64,000 nucleotides of DNA from Eledone cirrhosa (Eukaryota), in assembly GCA_964016885.1 (NCBI GenBank), contig OZ024740.1, positions 202,988,001 to 203,052,000 of the forward strand. The letters run 5' to 3'. The position numbers were made by a program, and so were the translations under genes. This document shows, one piece after another, positions 12,339-25,357 of the stretch. Position 1 is the stretch's first letter; the number at the start of each line of letters is the position of its first letter. Below the pieces are notes generated by a model. That model was given only the letters and a program-made list of their open reading frames with translations. It was not told the DNA's origin and did not search any database.

Positions 12339-12421
12339 GTATGTATGTATGTATGTATGTATGTATGTATGTATGTATGTATGTATGTATGTATGTATGT
12401 ATGTATGTATGTATGTATTAT

Positions 12422-13030
12422 GTCAGGTCACCAGTTGGTGCTACTGGTAACATGTATCCCAGTACAACCTGTCCTATGGTCGGGTCGTTGGCGACTAAAC
12501 TGGCAACCCCACCAATGTTTCTTGGTGAGGAGGGTGACTTAGGACATCCTGCAGGTCTAAAAACAAAACCTGTCAAAGGGCAAAGGAGCTCTTAAAAGTC
12601 AATGGCCATCCAAAATCACCGGGAGAGATGGCCCTTTAGCCTTTGTCAAGGCAGAATTCTAGGAGAAGGAAAACTCTGATATAGCACCTGCAACCCTGAT
12701 GGTATCCAATGATGTTGACTTGTTCTTCTTTTTGGTACATATCATCTTGGTTAAGAGAGCGGGACTGGCTTTGTGCAGTGCCTTTGCTCACTATAAAAGC
12801 TTCACGGCACAGGCACTGCTTTATATCTGGAGATCTCTCTGCACTTGTCGTCACATGGTACCATGGGCCCAGCACTGTGTGTCAATAATCGTCACAAGTG
12901 TAGTGTTTGTACCAGAGTTTTCAAGTCGCTGGCTGGACTAAAAAGTCACACTCGTTCAGTGTATCCATAGGGGTTCTCCTACATGGATATAAAGTAGTGG
13001 CCGTACTCGAAAACGAGTTGGCAGCCACTA
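12422..13030 (+). mobile_element. Non-autonomous RTE-derived element, copy 2 (longer, with 5' leader)
   Basis: Starts directly after the (TATG)n tail of copy 1; RTE-like leader ...gcgactaaactggcaaccccacc. Confidence 0.7.
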
Positions 13031-13154
13031 TATATATATGTATATATGTATGTATGTATACGTGTATGTATGTATGTATATATGTATGTATGTATACGTG
13101 TGTGTATTTATCTGTGTATGTGTGTTATTTAAGAATATTGACCTTTTATCTTCA

Positions 13155-13785
13155 GCACCACACCACCACGACCAACAACAACAACAGCACCACGCCAGCA
13201 CGACCAACAACAACAATAGAACCACACCACCACCACGACCAAAATCAGCACCACCACCACCACCACCACCACCATGACCAACAACACCACCACCTCCACC
13301 ACCACCACCACCACCAACACCACGACCATCAACAACAACAACAACAACAACACCACCACCTCCACCACCAACAACAACAACAACACCACCACCACGACCA
13401 ACACCACCACGACCAACAACACCAACAGCACCACACCACCACCACCACCACCAACAACACCAACAGCACCACCCCACCACCACCACGACTAACAACACCA
13501 ACAGCACCACCACCACCACCACGACCAACAACACCAACACCACCAACACCATCTCCATCCCAACCCACCATCATCAACACCAACAACAGTACTAACACCA
13601 TCACCATCAGCACTCCCATTACCACAGTCATCGCCAACACTATCATTACCATCACCATCATCACTAACATCATCAACACTACGGCCACCATCACCATCAT
13701 CACTACCATCATCAACACTAACAACAGCATTAACACCGCCACCATCACCATTATCAACACTATCACCACTATCACCAACATTACC
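13155..13785. repeat. (CAC/CAA/CAT)n degenerate trinucleotide tract
   Basis: Seen directly. Confidence 0.95.
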
Positions 13786-13946
13786 GGCTCTGTCATAAAT
13801 CTCTCACCTTAACAAATGTCAGTTAGTTATTTATTTACTATATACAACGATACAGGCTGTAGTTGAAGCAGTTCACTTCGTAGTCACATGATTTTCGGTC
13901 CAGTCCCTCCACGTGACTCTTAAAGCAAGTGTCTCCACTTTCTTTA

Positions 13947-14030
<84 letters not shown>

Positions 14031-14034
<4 letters not shown>

Positions 14035-14366
14035 GTAATTCCGTCGGAAAAGTCCAGGAAAAAAGAGTGCTCTATGTAGGTAACATAGCTTAATAGTTAT
14101 GTAATAAACAACATAAGGCTATTATTTCATTTGATTGGCAGTATCGGTAGAGAGTCGGACGCCATGCTTTGACGCATAGTTACGGCCCTTGCCATTCTGA
14201 GTTCAAATCCCGCCGAGGTTAACTTTGCCTTTCATCCATACGGGGTCGATAAAATAAAGTACCAGTAATGCACTGGGTAATTACTGGCCTTGTGCCAAAA
14301 GTAGAAACAATTATTTCATTTACCAGTGGTTTCTTAAAAGCAAACAAATTTTGCTTTCAATCATCA

Positions 14367-14367
<1 letters not shown>
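14031..14367 (-). mobile_element. PLE pseudo-LTR fragment with an HHR (14315-14372), interrupted by a SINE
   Basis: CTGATGA ttgaaagcaaa..tttgcttttaa GAAA ccactgg TA aatgaaa on the - strand; tail 14031-14100 matches 45030-45097. Confidence 0.75.
14133..14309 (+). mobile_element. SINE family A with 12-bp target-site duplication
   Basis: attatttcattt at 14121-14132 and 14310-14321. Confidence 0.9.
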
Positions 14368-14732
<365 letters not shown>

Positions 14733-14734
14733 CA

Positions 14735-15321
14735 AATATAAATTAGCGAGAATCGTAATTTCGGCTTAGGAATTAACGAAAAACAACTTCCGAGATGTGT
14801 GACAAGCGCTCGATGATTCAGACAGCCAAAGAAACGACCAAGCAATTCGGGTCAAACAATAAAAATATATGTGATTGAAAATGTATATATATATAGTTAT
14901 GTAATAAACAACATGAGGCAATTATTTCATTTACCAGTGGTTTCTTAAAAGCAAACAAATTTTTTGCTTTCAATCATCAGAATGAAAAAATCCTGGTGTA
15001 TTTATTGGCATTGGATTTTAAAAACAAAAATATAATCTATATGAAAGTGAGGCTGGAAAAGGAAGAAGGAAAGGAAAAATAAACACACATGCAAACACAC
15101 ACACTCACACAATTATATACATACTCATATATATATACATACACACATACATACACACACACATATACACGCACGCACACATATATATTTGTATATATAT
15201 ATATACATACACATACATATACACATACATACACACACCAACATATATATACACATATATATATGTATGTATGTACGTGTGTATATATGTGTGAATGTAT
15301 GTGTATGTATATATGTATGTG

Positions 15322-15404
<83 letters not shown>

Positions 15405-15690
15405 ATATACATACATATATACATACACATACATTCACACATATATATACACACGTACATACATACACATACATACACACATATATACATGCATACATAC
15501 GCATGCACAAATATAGAAATATGTACACACACCTACATACTCACACACACAAATAAATATAAGACAAAATATAATAATAAAAATACCATCACATAAGAAT
15601 AAAAATGAATATAAAGATTATTATAGTGTTGACAGCGATACAGGCAACAAATAAATGAACAAACGCACGTGGTAAGCAATACACACAATA
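14735..15690 (-). mobile_element. PLE pseudo-LTR/3' region containing microsatellites (inverted copy of 23445-24455)
   Basis: Unique blocks match 23445-24455 in reverse complement; contains an HHR. Confidence 0.8.
14925..14987 (-). ncRNA. Type I hammerhead ribozyme
   Basis: tttcatt CTGATGA ttgaaagcaaa-loop-tttgcttttaa GAAA ccactgg TA aatgaaa; 7-bp stem I, 11-bp stem II. Confidence 0.85.
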
Positions 15691-15699
15691 GCATTCTTG

Positions 15700-17965
<2,266 letters not shown>

Positions 17966-18029
17966 ATAAACATTTATACCCTTTTCTTCTAATTATTTTT
18001 TTATTTATTATTTGTCGTATTCCCAACTT

Positions 18030-18177
18030 TTTATTTTTATTTTTATTTTTATTTTTATTTTTATTTTTATTTTTATTTTTATTTTTATTTTTATTTTTAT
18101 TTTTATTTTTATTTTTATTTTTATTTTTATTTTTATTTTTATTTTTATTTTTATTTTTATTTTTATTTTTATTTTTA
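18030..18177. repeat. (TTTTTA)n hexanucleotide microsatellite
   Basis: Seen directly. Confidence 0.95.
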
Positions 18178-18486
18178 TATATACAATACTTAGGTTTTTT
18201 TATATATATAATATTTATGTTCTTATATATATAATTATATGTGTGTGTGTGTGTGTATGTATGTATGCATACGTATGTGTATGTATATGTGTGTGTAGGT
18301 ATATATATATATATATATATATGTATATGTATATGTATATATGTGTATATATATATTTTTTTTTTAGAGTTAAACAAGGTTCATATGAATATATCTAAGA
18401 ATGAGTTTTACACATACATATGTGTGTGTTTGTATTTGTATGTATGTGTTTGTGATATGTATGTATATGTTTGTGTATGTATGTAT

Positions 18487-18524
<38 letters not shown>

Positions 18525-18655
18525 GTGAGGTTTTTTTTACAAAATGAAAAATAACCGAGGTGTCCTACACGAGTGAAATTATAAAGAACAAGAGATGAAA
18601 TCGAAAATGCAACTGGAGTCTTATTTTTTAAAAAAATATATATATTTATTTGGTT

Positions 18656-18693
18656 CCTTTACCGGTTTCGCAGTTCTTCTGCTTTTCAAAGGG
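18656..18693 (-). ncRNA. Minimal hammerhead, U3-A8 core variant (3' pLTR copy)
   Basis: ccct TTGAAAA gcag aagaa ctgc GAAA ccgg TA aagg; one stem I mismatch. Confidence 0.65.
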
Positions 18694-19835
18694 TGAGTTG
18701 AGATGGAGGGTCTGTGGTTTTTCTCACATCTGGTTGGTCTCTGAATGTTACTTGTTTTATATGGAAAAAGTGGCTCGAAATGCCAGGTTTTTCGAGAAGT
18801 AATTTGATTGGTTTGTCAATAATTATAATAAATTTCGCGCCAGTTCGCGTTACAATAGTTCTTCAAATAAGAGGGGGGGTTGTCACAGGTTGTTTTTTCA
18901 TATATGAGTGTTTGAATTTCTTTTTACTTGAAAAAGGGGGCTCACGAAGGCTTTTTGGGGTTGGTTATAAATGAAATTATGGCTGTCACGTGAACAAGTT
19001 TTCATTAAATTTCCGTGCCCTTATTTGGAAATCCATTCTGTAGCCTTTTTAGAGAATTTTATGATAAGTGAAAGATAATGGTCAAGAGAAAGGGATGGGA
19101 GAATTGTTCTGGTTCAGTGAATATGGTTAATTCGCTGGGGTGTCAGAATTCAGATTTTCTATTGAATAAAGAAAGTAAAGATATGTATGTTTATTTGTGT
19201 GCTTGTGTGCGTGTGCGTGTGTGTGTGTGTGTTGTGTGTGTGTGTTTGAATTTCTTTACTTAAAAAAAAGGTGGCTCACGAAGGCTTTTTTTTAATAAAC
19301 GTGATTTGATTGGTTATAAATGAAATTTGGCTGTCACGTGAACAAGTTTTCATTACATTTTTGCGCCCTTATTTGGAAATCTATTCTGTAGCCTTTATAG
19401 AGAATGTTATGACAATTGAAAGATAGTGGTCAAGAAAAATGGGATTGGGAGAATTGTTCTGGTTCAGTGAATATGGTTAGTTCGCTGGGGTGTCAGAGTT
19501 CAGATTTTCTATTGAAGTAAAGATATGTATGTTTATTTGTGTGCTTGTGTGCTTGTGTGTGTGTGTGTGTGTATTGGAAGATGATTCTATTAGTAGAAAT
19601 GGGGGAGGGAGTTGTGTGTGTATATGGGTGTTATGTGTGTGTGTGCGAGTATGTTAAGATGGAGAGAATATATATTTTGTGTGTGTGTATATATGTGTGT
19701 AGGAAAGTGGTTCTATTATTAGAAATGGGGGAGGGGAGTTGTGGGTGTGGGGGTTGTTATGTGTGTGTATGGGTGTTATGTGTGTGGGAGTATGGTTAGC
19801 ATGTTAAGATGAAGAGAATATATATATATATATAT

Positions 19836-19870
<35 letters not shown>

Positions 19871-20006
19871 GAAAATGATTCCTTTAGTAGGAATATTTTT
19901 GAGTGAACATATTTTCCTTATTCGTATTTGTTCTGTTGTATTGTCAGTGCAAACGTATGTTAAGGTTTATTTAGTTCGGGTTTTTATTTTCTAAAGTAGA
20001 AGGTGT

Positions 20007-20044
<38 letters not shown>

Positions 20045-20070
20045 ATATTATGGTGTTGACATAATGTATA

Positions 20071-22341
20071 TTAAACCATATTTAATGTTGGTCTATATTT
20101 TTGAATAAACATATTTTCCTTATTTATTCGTATTTGTTCTGTTGTATTGTTAGCGCAAAGGTAAAATGGGAAGACTTGGATTTTGGGTGTCTTATTACTT
20201 GCGCAAATGTCTAGATATGCACTTAGTGGTATCTGTCTCGTGGTTGGATCTCGTAATTGTTGGCGATGAACTGTCATTCTGTTTCTGAGTGTGAGTTTAG
20301 TTTGTCCTATATAATCTTCATTGCATCTTTTACATTTAATGGCATAAATTAGATTTTTTGATGAGCAAGTGAAGTGATTTTTTACAGTAAAATTTTGTCC
20401 TGATTTAAATGTATACGTGTTGCCTTCAATGAGGTGAGTGCAGGTTCCATAATTAGAGCGACCACATTTTTTTATACTTGGTTGTGGGTTTGTGGTAGGT
20501 AATTTGGCATTGGTGAGTAATGTTTTCAGTGATTTTGGTTGTCTTTTGCTTTTGATTATTTTGTGTGTTTCAAGGGCTTTTTTCATTCTTGGGTTTTGTT
20601 TTAGTAGTGGGATGTTCTTGTGAATAGTGTTGTAAGCTTCCGCATTTCTTGGGTTGTGTGTTGAGATATATGATAGAATATTGGACGTACCTTGAATTTG
20701 TTTCTGTTTCTGTAATTCATCAATGCCTATTGCTTTAGCCCTTTCTATTCCATTATTTATTAGTAATAGTGGGTACTCTCTCTCAAGTAGAATTTCCTTT
20801 AATTCTTGAAGTCTTTTATTTCGCGTTTCATAATTGGAGACAATTGTGCAAATTCTTCTTGCTAGGTTAAAAGGAATGTTCGTCTTCGTGTGCTTTGGAT
20901 GGTTGGAGGTGAATAGCAGATATTGTTTGGAATCTGTTGGTTTGTAGTGTATGTCAGTTTCGATATTTGTGTCTTTTTTTAAGATTAAGATGTCCAGAAA
21001 TGGGAGTTGATCTTGGCTGTATTCCATTGTGAATTGGATGTGGTTATTGATACCGTTTATTAAGTTTTTGAAATCCTTCAGTTGGTCGAGTGTGTGGGAC
21101 CAAAGAATGAGGCAATCATCCAAGTAGCGTTTCCAATTCTCTGATAAATATTTGTGGAAGTTCAATCCGTATTTTGATTTGGACTGTTCATATATCTGGA
21201 CTTCTAAGTATGCCATGACTAAGTTGGCATAAGTTGGAGCGGCTTTTGTACCCATCGCAGTCCCCGATATTTGCTTGAAAGTATTGCCATCGAAATCAAA
21301 AAAGTTGTTCTGTAAGATGAATTTTAATCCCTCGGTGATGAAGCTTTTTTCTATTCTGTCAGGTATCTCATTGGGATATTTCTCTAGCCAGAATCCTATT
21401 GCTTCTAGTCCGTATTGGTGTGGGATCGTTGTGTAGAGATTCACTACATCGAAAGACACAATAATAGTGTTGTTGTTGAAATGTTTGGGGAGGTGGTTTA
21501 AGAGGTCCAGATCGTCTCTTACAAGGCTTGGTATGTGTTTCAGTATTGGTTTCAGTAGTATGTCTATAAAGTTGCTCAGTCTGTGTGTTTCACATTGTGG
21601 ACCCGCTACAATTGGTCTTAATTTAAGGTATGTGGGGTATTGTGTGTTCACGCAGGCTGAGGTTGATTGTTTACAGGCATCGTTGATTATTTTACACTTG
21701 TGGATCTTCGGAAGTCCGTAAAGGTTGCTGGTTTTGTATTCAAAATTTGTTAAATAATCGCGTTCCTTTTTAGTTAGGTCTTCCTGGTATTGATAAATCA
21801 GTGTGTTTAATTTGGTCATTATTTTTGATTGCTGGTAGTTTTTTACTCTTTCATAGTAATTAGTATTTTGTAAGAGAGAGAACATAGAATTTTTATATTT
21901 TTCAGCCTCCATAATGACAACAGTACTTCCCTTGTCCGCTTCCTTAATTATAATGTCCGTATTGTTTTTTAGTTCATGGATAATCTCCCATTCCCTTCGA
22001 CTCGTGTTGGGTTTGGGTTTAGGTTGCGGTAGTTCATGGTATGGGAAGGTAGCTATGTGGTCACAAAATTTGTCCAGAACTCTGTTTCTACCTTTTGTTG
22101 GGTTGTAGCTGCTTTTATTCCGTACAATTGATTCGTCGTTATTCTCCTTGTCAAAGAATTCCTCTGTGAGACGTAATTTACTACAGAAGTGTGATATATC
22201 GTCATTTATCTCATTGGGGTTAGAGTATTGTGGTGTTGGTGTGAATTTCAGTCCTTTGGAGAGAATTTTTACTTGTTGGGCTGAGAGGTTTGTATTTGAA
22301 AGGTTAATTATTTTCGGTTTTTCAAAATCGGTTTGTGCCAC
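20071..22341 (-). CDS. Penelope-like reverse transcriptase with C-terminal GIY-YIG endonuclease
   Basis: LYGLPKIHK, LRPIVAG, SFDVVNLYTTIP, KQISGTAMGT, WKRYLDD, LPFLDI, NLIYAIKCKRC..YIGQT..LRNRM..H; the N-terminus probably continues in frameshifted ORF 22308-22817. Confidence 0.93.
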   Translation of the reverse strand: MAQTDFEKPKIINLSNTNLSAQQVKILSKGLKFTPTPQYSNPNEINDDISHFCSKLRLTEEFFDKENNDESIVRNKSSYNPTKGRNRVLDKFCDHIATFPYHELPQPKPKPNTSRREWEIIHELKNNTDIIIKEADKGSTVVIMEAEKYKNSMFSLLQNTNYYERVKNYQQSKIMTKLNTLIYQYQEDLTKKERDYLTNFEYKTSNLYGLPKIHKCKIINDACKQSTSACVNTQYPTYLKLRPIVAGPQCETHRLSNFIDILLKPILKHIPSLVRDDLDLLNHLPKHFNNNTIIVSFDVVNLYTTIPHQYGLEAIGFWLEKYPNEIPDRIEKSFITEGLKFILQNNFFDFDGNTFKQISGTAMGTKAAPTYANLVMAYLEVQIYEQSKSKYGLNFHKYLSENWKRYLDDCLILWSHTLDQLKDFKNLINGINNHIQFTMEYSQDQLPFLDILILKKDTNIETDIHYKPTDSKQYLLFTSNHPKHTKTNIPFNLARRICTIVSNYETRNKRLQELKEILLEREYPLLLINNGIERAKAIGIDELQKQKQIQGTSNILSYISTHNPRNAEAYNTIHKNIPLLKQNPRMKKALETHKIIKSKRQPKSLKTLLTNAKLPTTNPQPSIKKCGRSNYGTCTHLIEGNTYTFKSGQNFTVKNHFTCSSKNLIYAIKCKRCNEDYIGQTKLTLRNRMTVHRQQLRDPTTRQIPLSAYLDICASNKTPKIQVFPFYLCANNTTEQIRINKENMFIQKYRPTLNMV

Positions 22342-23117
22342 CGGGTGTCGTGTGTCCTGTAACCTTGGTCTAAAAAATGATTTTTCTGGAATGTTTTTTC
22401 AATGGTATTATTATATCTAATGGTATTTCGCCTGTTGTTGTGTGGTCTTGTATAGAAGTTTCGGACGTATTGAGGTTCGGTTTGTTGATAGTCCGAGTTG
22501 TAGATTTTGTTCCTTTGTGTGGGTTGGGATCTACGGTTTTGGAACAGGCTCTGTGTGGGCAGGGGTCTACGGTTTTGGAATAGGTTTTGTGTGGGTTGTG
22601 ATCTGCGGATCAGGTCCTGCCTTGTGTTCGGGGATCTTTGGTTTTTGTTAGTAGGGTTATAGTTTTGTCTATGGTTTCTGGGATTATCGTTATAGTTTTG
22701 CTGGGGGTATGTTGGACGTTTTGTTACTTTTTTTGTTATTTGTTGTGCATGTGGTGTGTGAGTTTTAGTTTGTTTTAAAAATGGGTTACCTGTATGTTGT
22801 TCATTTTTGAAGTCCATTTCGTAGTTGTTGAACCAGGTGGCGTTTTTTTCCCATCGCTGGAGGGATGTTAGTTCTTCATCCTCACAGTTTTCTTTCTAAA
22901 GTTTTATGGGTCTTTTGTAGAGTAGGCCTTCAGAGTGCTCTTATTTGAAGAACTATTGTAACGCGAACTGGCGCGAAATTTATTATAATTATTGACAAAC
23001 CAATCAAATTACTTCTCGAAAAACCTGGCATTTCGAGCCACTTTTTCCATATAAAACAAGTAATATTCAGAGACCAACCAGATGTGAGAAAAACCACAGA
23101 CCCTCCATCTCAATTCA

Positions 23118-23155
23118 CCTTTTGAAAAGCAGAAGAACTGCGAAACCGGTAAAGG
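23118..23155 (+). ncRNA. Minimal hammerhead, U3-A8 core variant (inverted pLTR copy)
   Basis: cctt TTGAAAA gcag aagaa ctgc GAAA ccgg TA aagg; ACCGGT palindrome in stem III. Confidence 0.72.
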
Positions 23156-23224
23156 AACCAAATAAATATATATATTTTTTTAAAAAATAAGACTCCAGTT
23201 GCATTTTCGATTTCATCTCTTGTT

Positions 23225-23324
<100 letters not shown>

Positions 23325-23444
23325 GTGTGTGTATATATGTATATGTGTGTGTGTGTATATGTGTATGCGTATGTATGTGTATATGTATTTGTATATGTAT
23401 GTGTATGTGTGAGAGTGTGTGTATGTATTTATTTTTACGTATGT

Positions 23445-23757
23445 ATGTGTACGTTCTATTGTGTGTATTGCTTACCACGTGTATTTGTTCATTTATTTGT
23501 TGCCTGTATCGCTGTCAACACTATAATAATCTTTATCATTTTTAATCTTATGTGACGGTATTTTTATTATTATATTTTTTCTTATATTTATTTGTGTGTG
23601 TGAGTATGTAGGTGTGTGTACATATTTCTATATTTGTGCATGCATATGTATGCGTGTATATATGTGTGTATGTATGTGTATGTATGTACGTGTCTATATA
23701 CGTATGATTGTCTGTATGTATGTATGTGTATGTATGTATGTGTATGTATATATGTAT

Positions 23758-23810
<53 letters not shown>

Positions 23811-24448
23811 GTTATATATATGTATGTGTGTGTATGTATGTGTATATATGTTTATGTATATATATATATGCATGTATATGTGTGTGTGTGTGTGTGTGTA
23901 TGCACGTTTGTGCATTTGTATGTATGTGTATGTATGGATATGTTGATAATTATGTGTGTATGTATGTATGTGTATATGTATGTGTATGTATATGCATATA
24001 CACATATATATGTGTGTGTGTGTGTGTATGTGTGAGTATGTATGTGTGTATGTATATATATATGTGTATGTATATAATTATGTGTGTGTGTGTGTTTGCA
24101 TGTGTGTTTATTTTTCCTTTCCTTCTTCCTTTTCCAGCCTCACTTTCATATAGATTATATTTTTGTTTTTAAAATCCAATGCCAATAAATACACCAGGAT
24201 TTTTTCATTCTGATGATTGAAAGCAAAATTTGTTTGCTTTTAAAAAACCACTGGTAAATGAAATAATTGCCTTATGTTGTTTATTACTTAACTATATATA
24301 TATACATTTTCAATCACATATATTTTTATTGTTTGACCCGAATTACTTGGTCGTTTCTTTGGCTGTCTGAATCATCGAGTGCTTGCCACACATCTCGGAA
24401 GTTGTTTTTCGTTAATTCCTAAGCCGAAATACGATTCTCGCTAATTTA

Positions 24449-24455
<7 letters not shown>
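23445..24455 (+). mobile_element. PLE pseudo-LTR/3' region; HHR at 24203-24263 has GAAA mutated to AAAA
   Basis: tttcatt CTGATGA ttgaaagc..gcttttaa AAAA ccactgg TA aatgaaa; inverted relative of 14735-15690. Confidence 0.8.
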
Positions 24456-24542
<87 letters not shown>

Positions 24543-24928
24543 AATAAGGGTGCTGCGGAGTTGCAAATGGGTTACATATGAAAAAAGTTTGTCCTTCATC
24601 AGTGATCTTCCAACTATCATAGGCATTTCATCGCTTTAAAGACCATATACCTCCGGTTGGTGCGAGCAACGGCTAAAAAAAGTCGTTGGGACACGTAAAT
24701 AAAGGGGACGTGAGGGTAAACAAACAAAATGGTGAAGCAACAGAAAGTGAGGAAGAAGGAGACAAGTCCCAGATTTCTATGAATTTAAGTTCGGTGAAAT
24801 CGTGAACGAGAGAATAAAGACCATCAAACCTGGTTGAAATGTGAGCAAGGAAGGAATTTCGCACAGGTCTAACGGGAGGAAGAAGGGGTCTGGTCTGCGA
24901 ATTCGGTAAACATAAGTTCTGTGAAATC

Positions 24929-24994
<66 letters not shown>

Positions 24995-25205
24995 CGAAGG
25001 AAATGTGGTAAGGAACCAGGTGGACCATAACGCACCAAAGTACTCAATACTTGAGGTAGTAGAGTGGGTAATAGGAACCAGTATATAACTATATATATAT
25101 ATATATATATATATAAATGTAAGTATGCATGTATACATGCATACTTACATTTAAGTAAGTGCCATACTAAGAGTGAGAAATGAAATTTCGTTTTCATTTT
25201 GTTTC

Positions 25206-25288
<83 letters not shown>

Positions 25289-25295
25289 TATATAG

Positions 25296-25328
<33 letters not shown>

Positions 25329-25357
25329 CGGAGAGGGAGAGAGAGAGAGAGAGAGAG

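Noticed and set aside
12907-13812. His/Gln/Thr-rich 301-aa ORF
   Set aside because: Translation of trinucleotide microsatellite fused to a TE tail; no domain or splice evidence.
24203-24263. Active hammerhead
   Set aside because: Catalytic G12 is mutated (GAAA to AAAA); recorded only as a dead copy.
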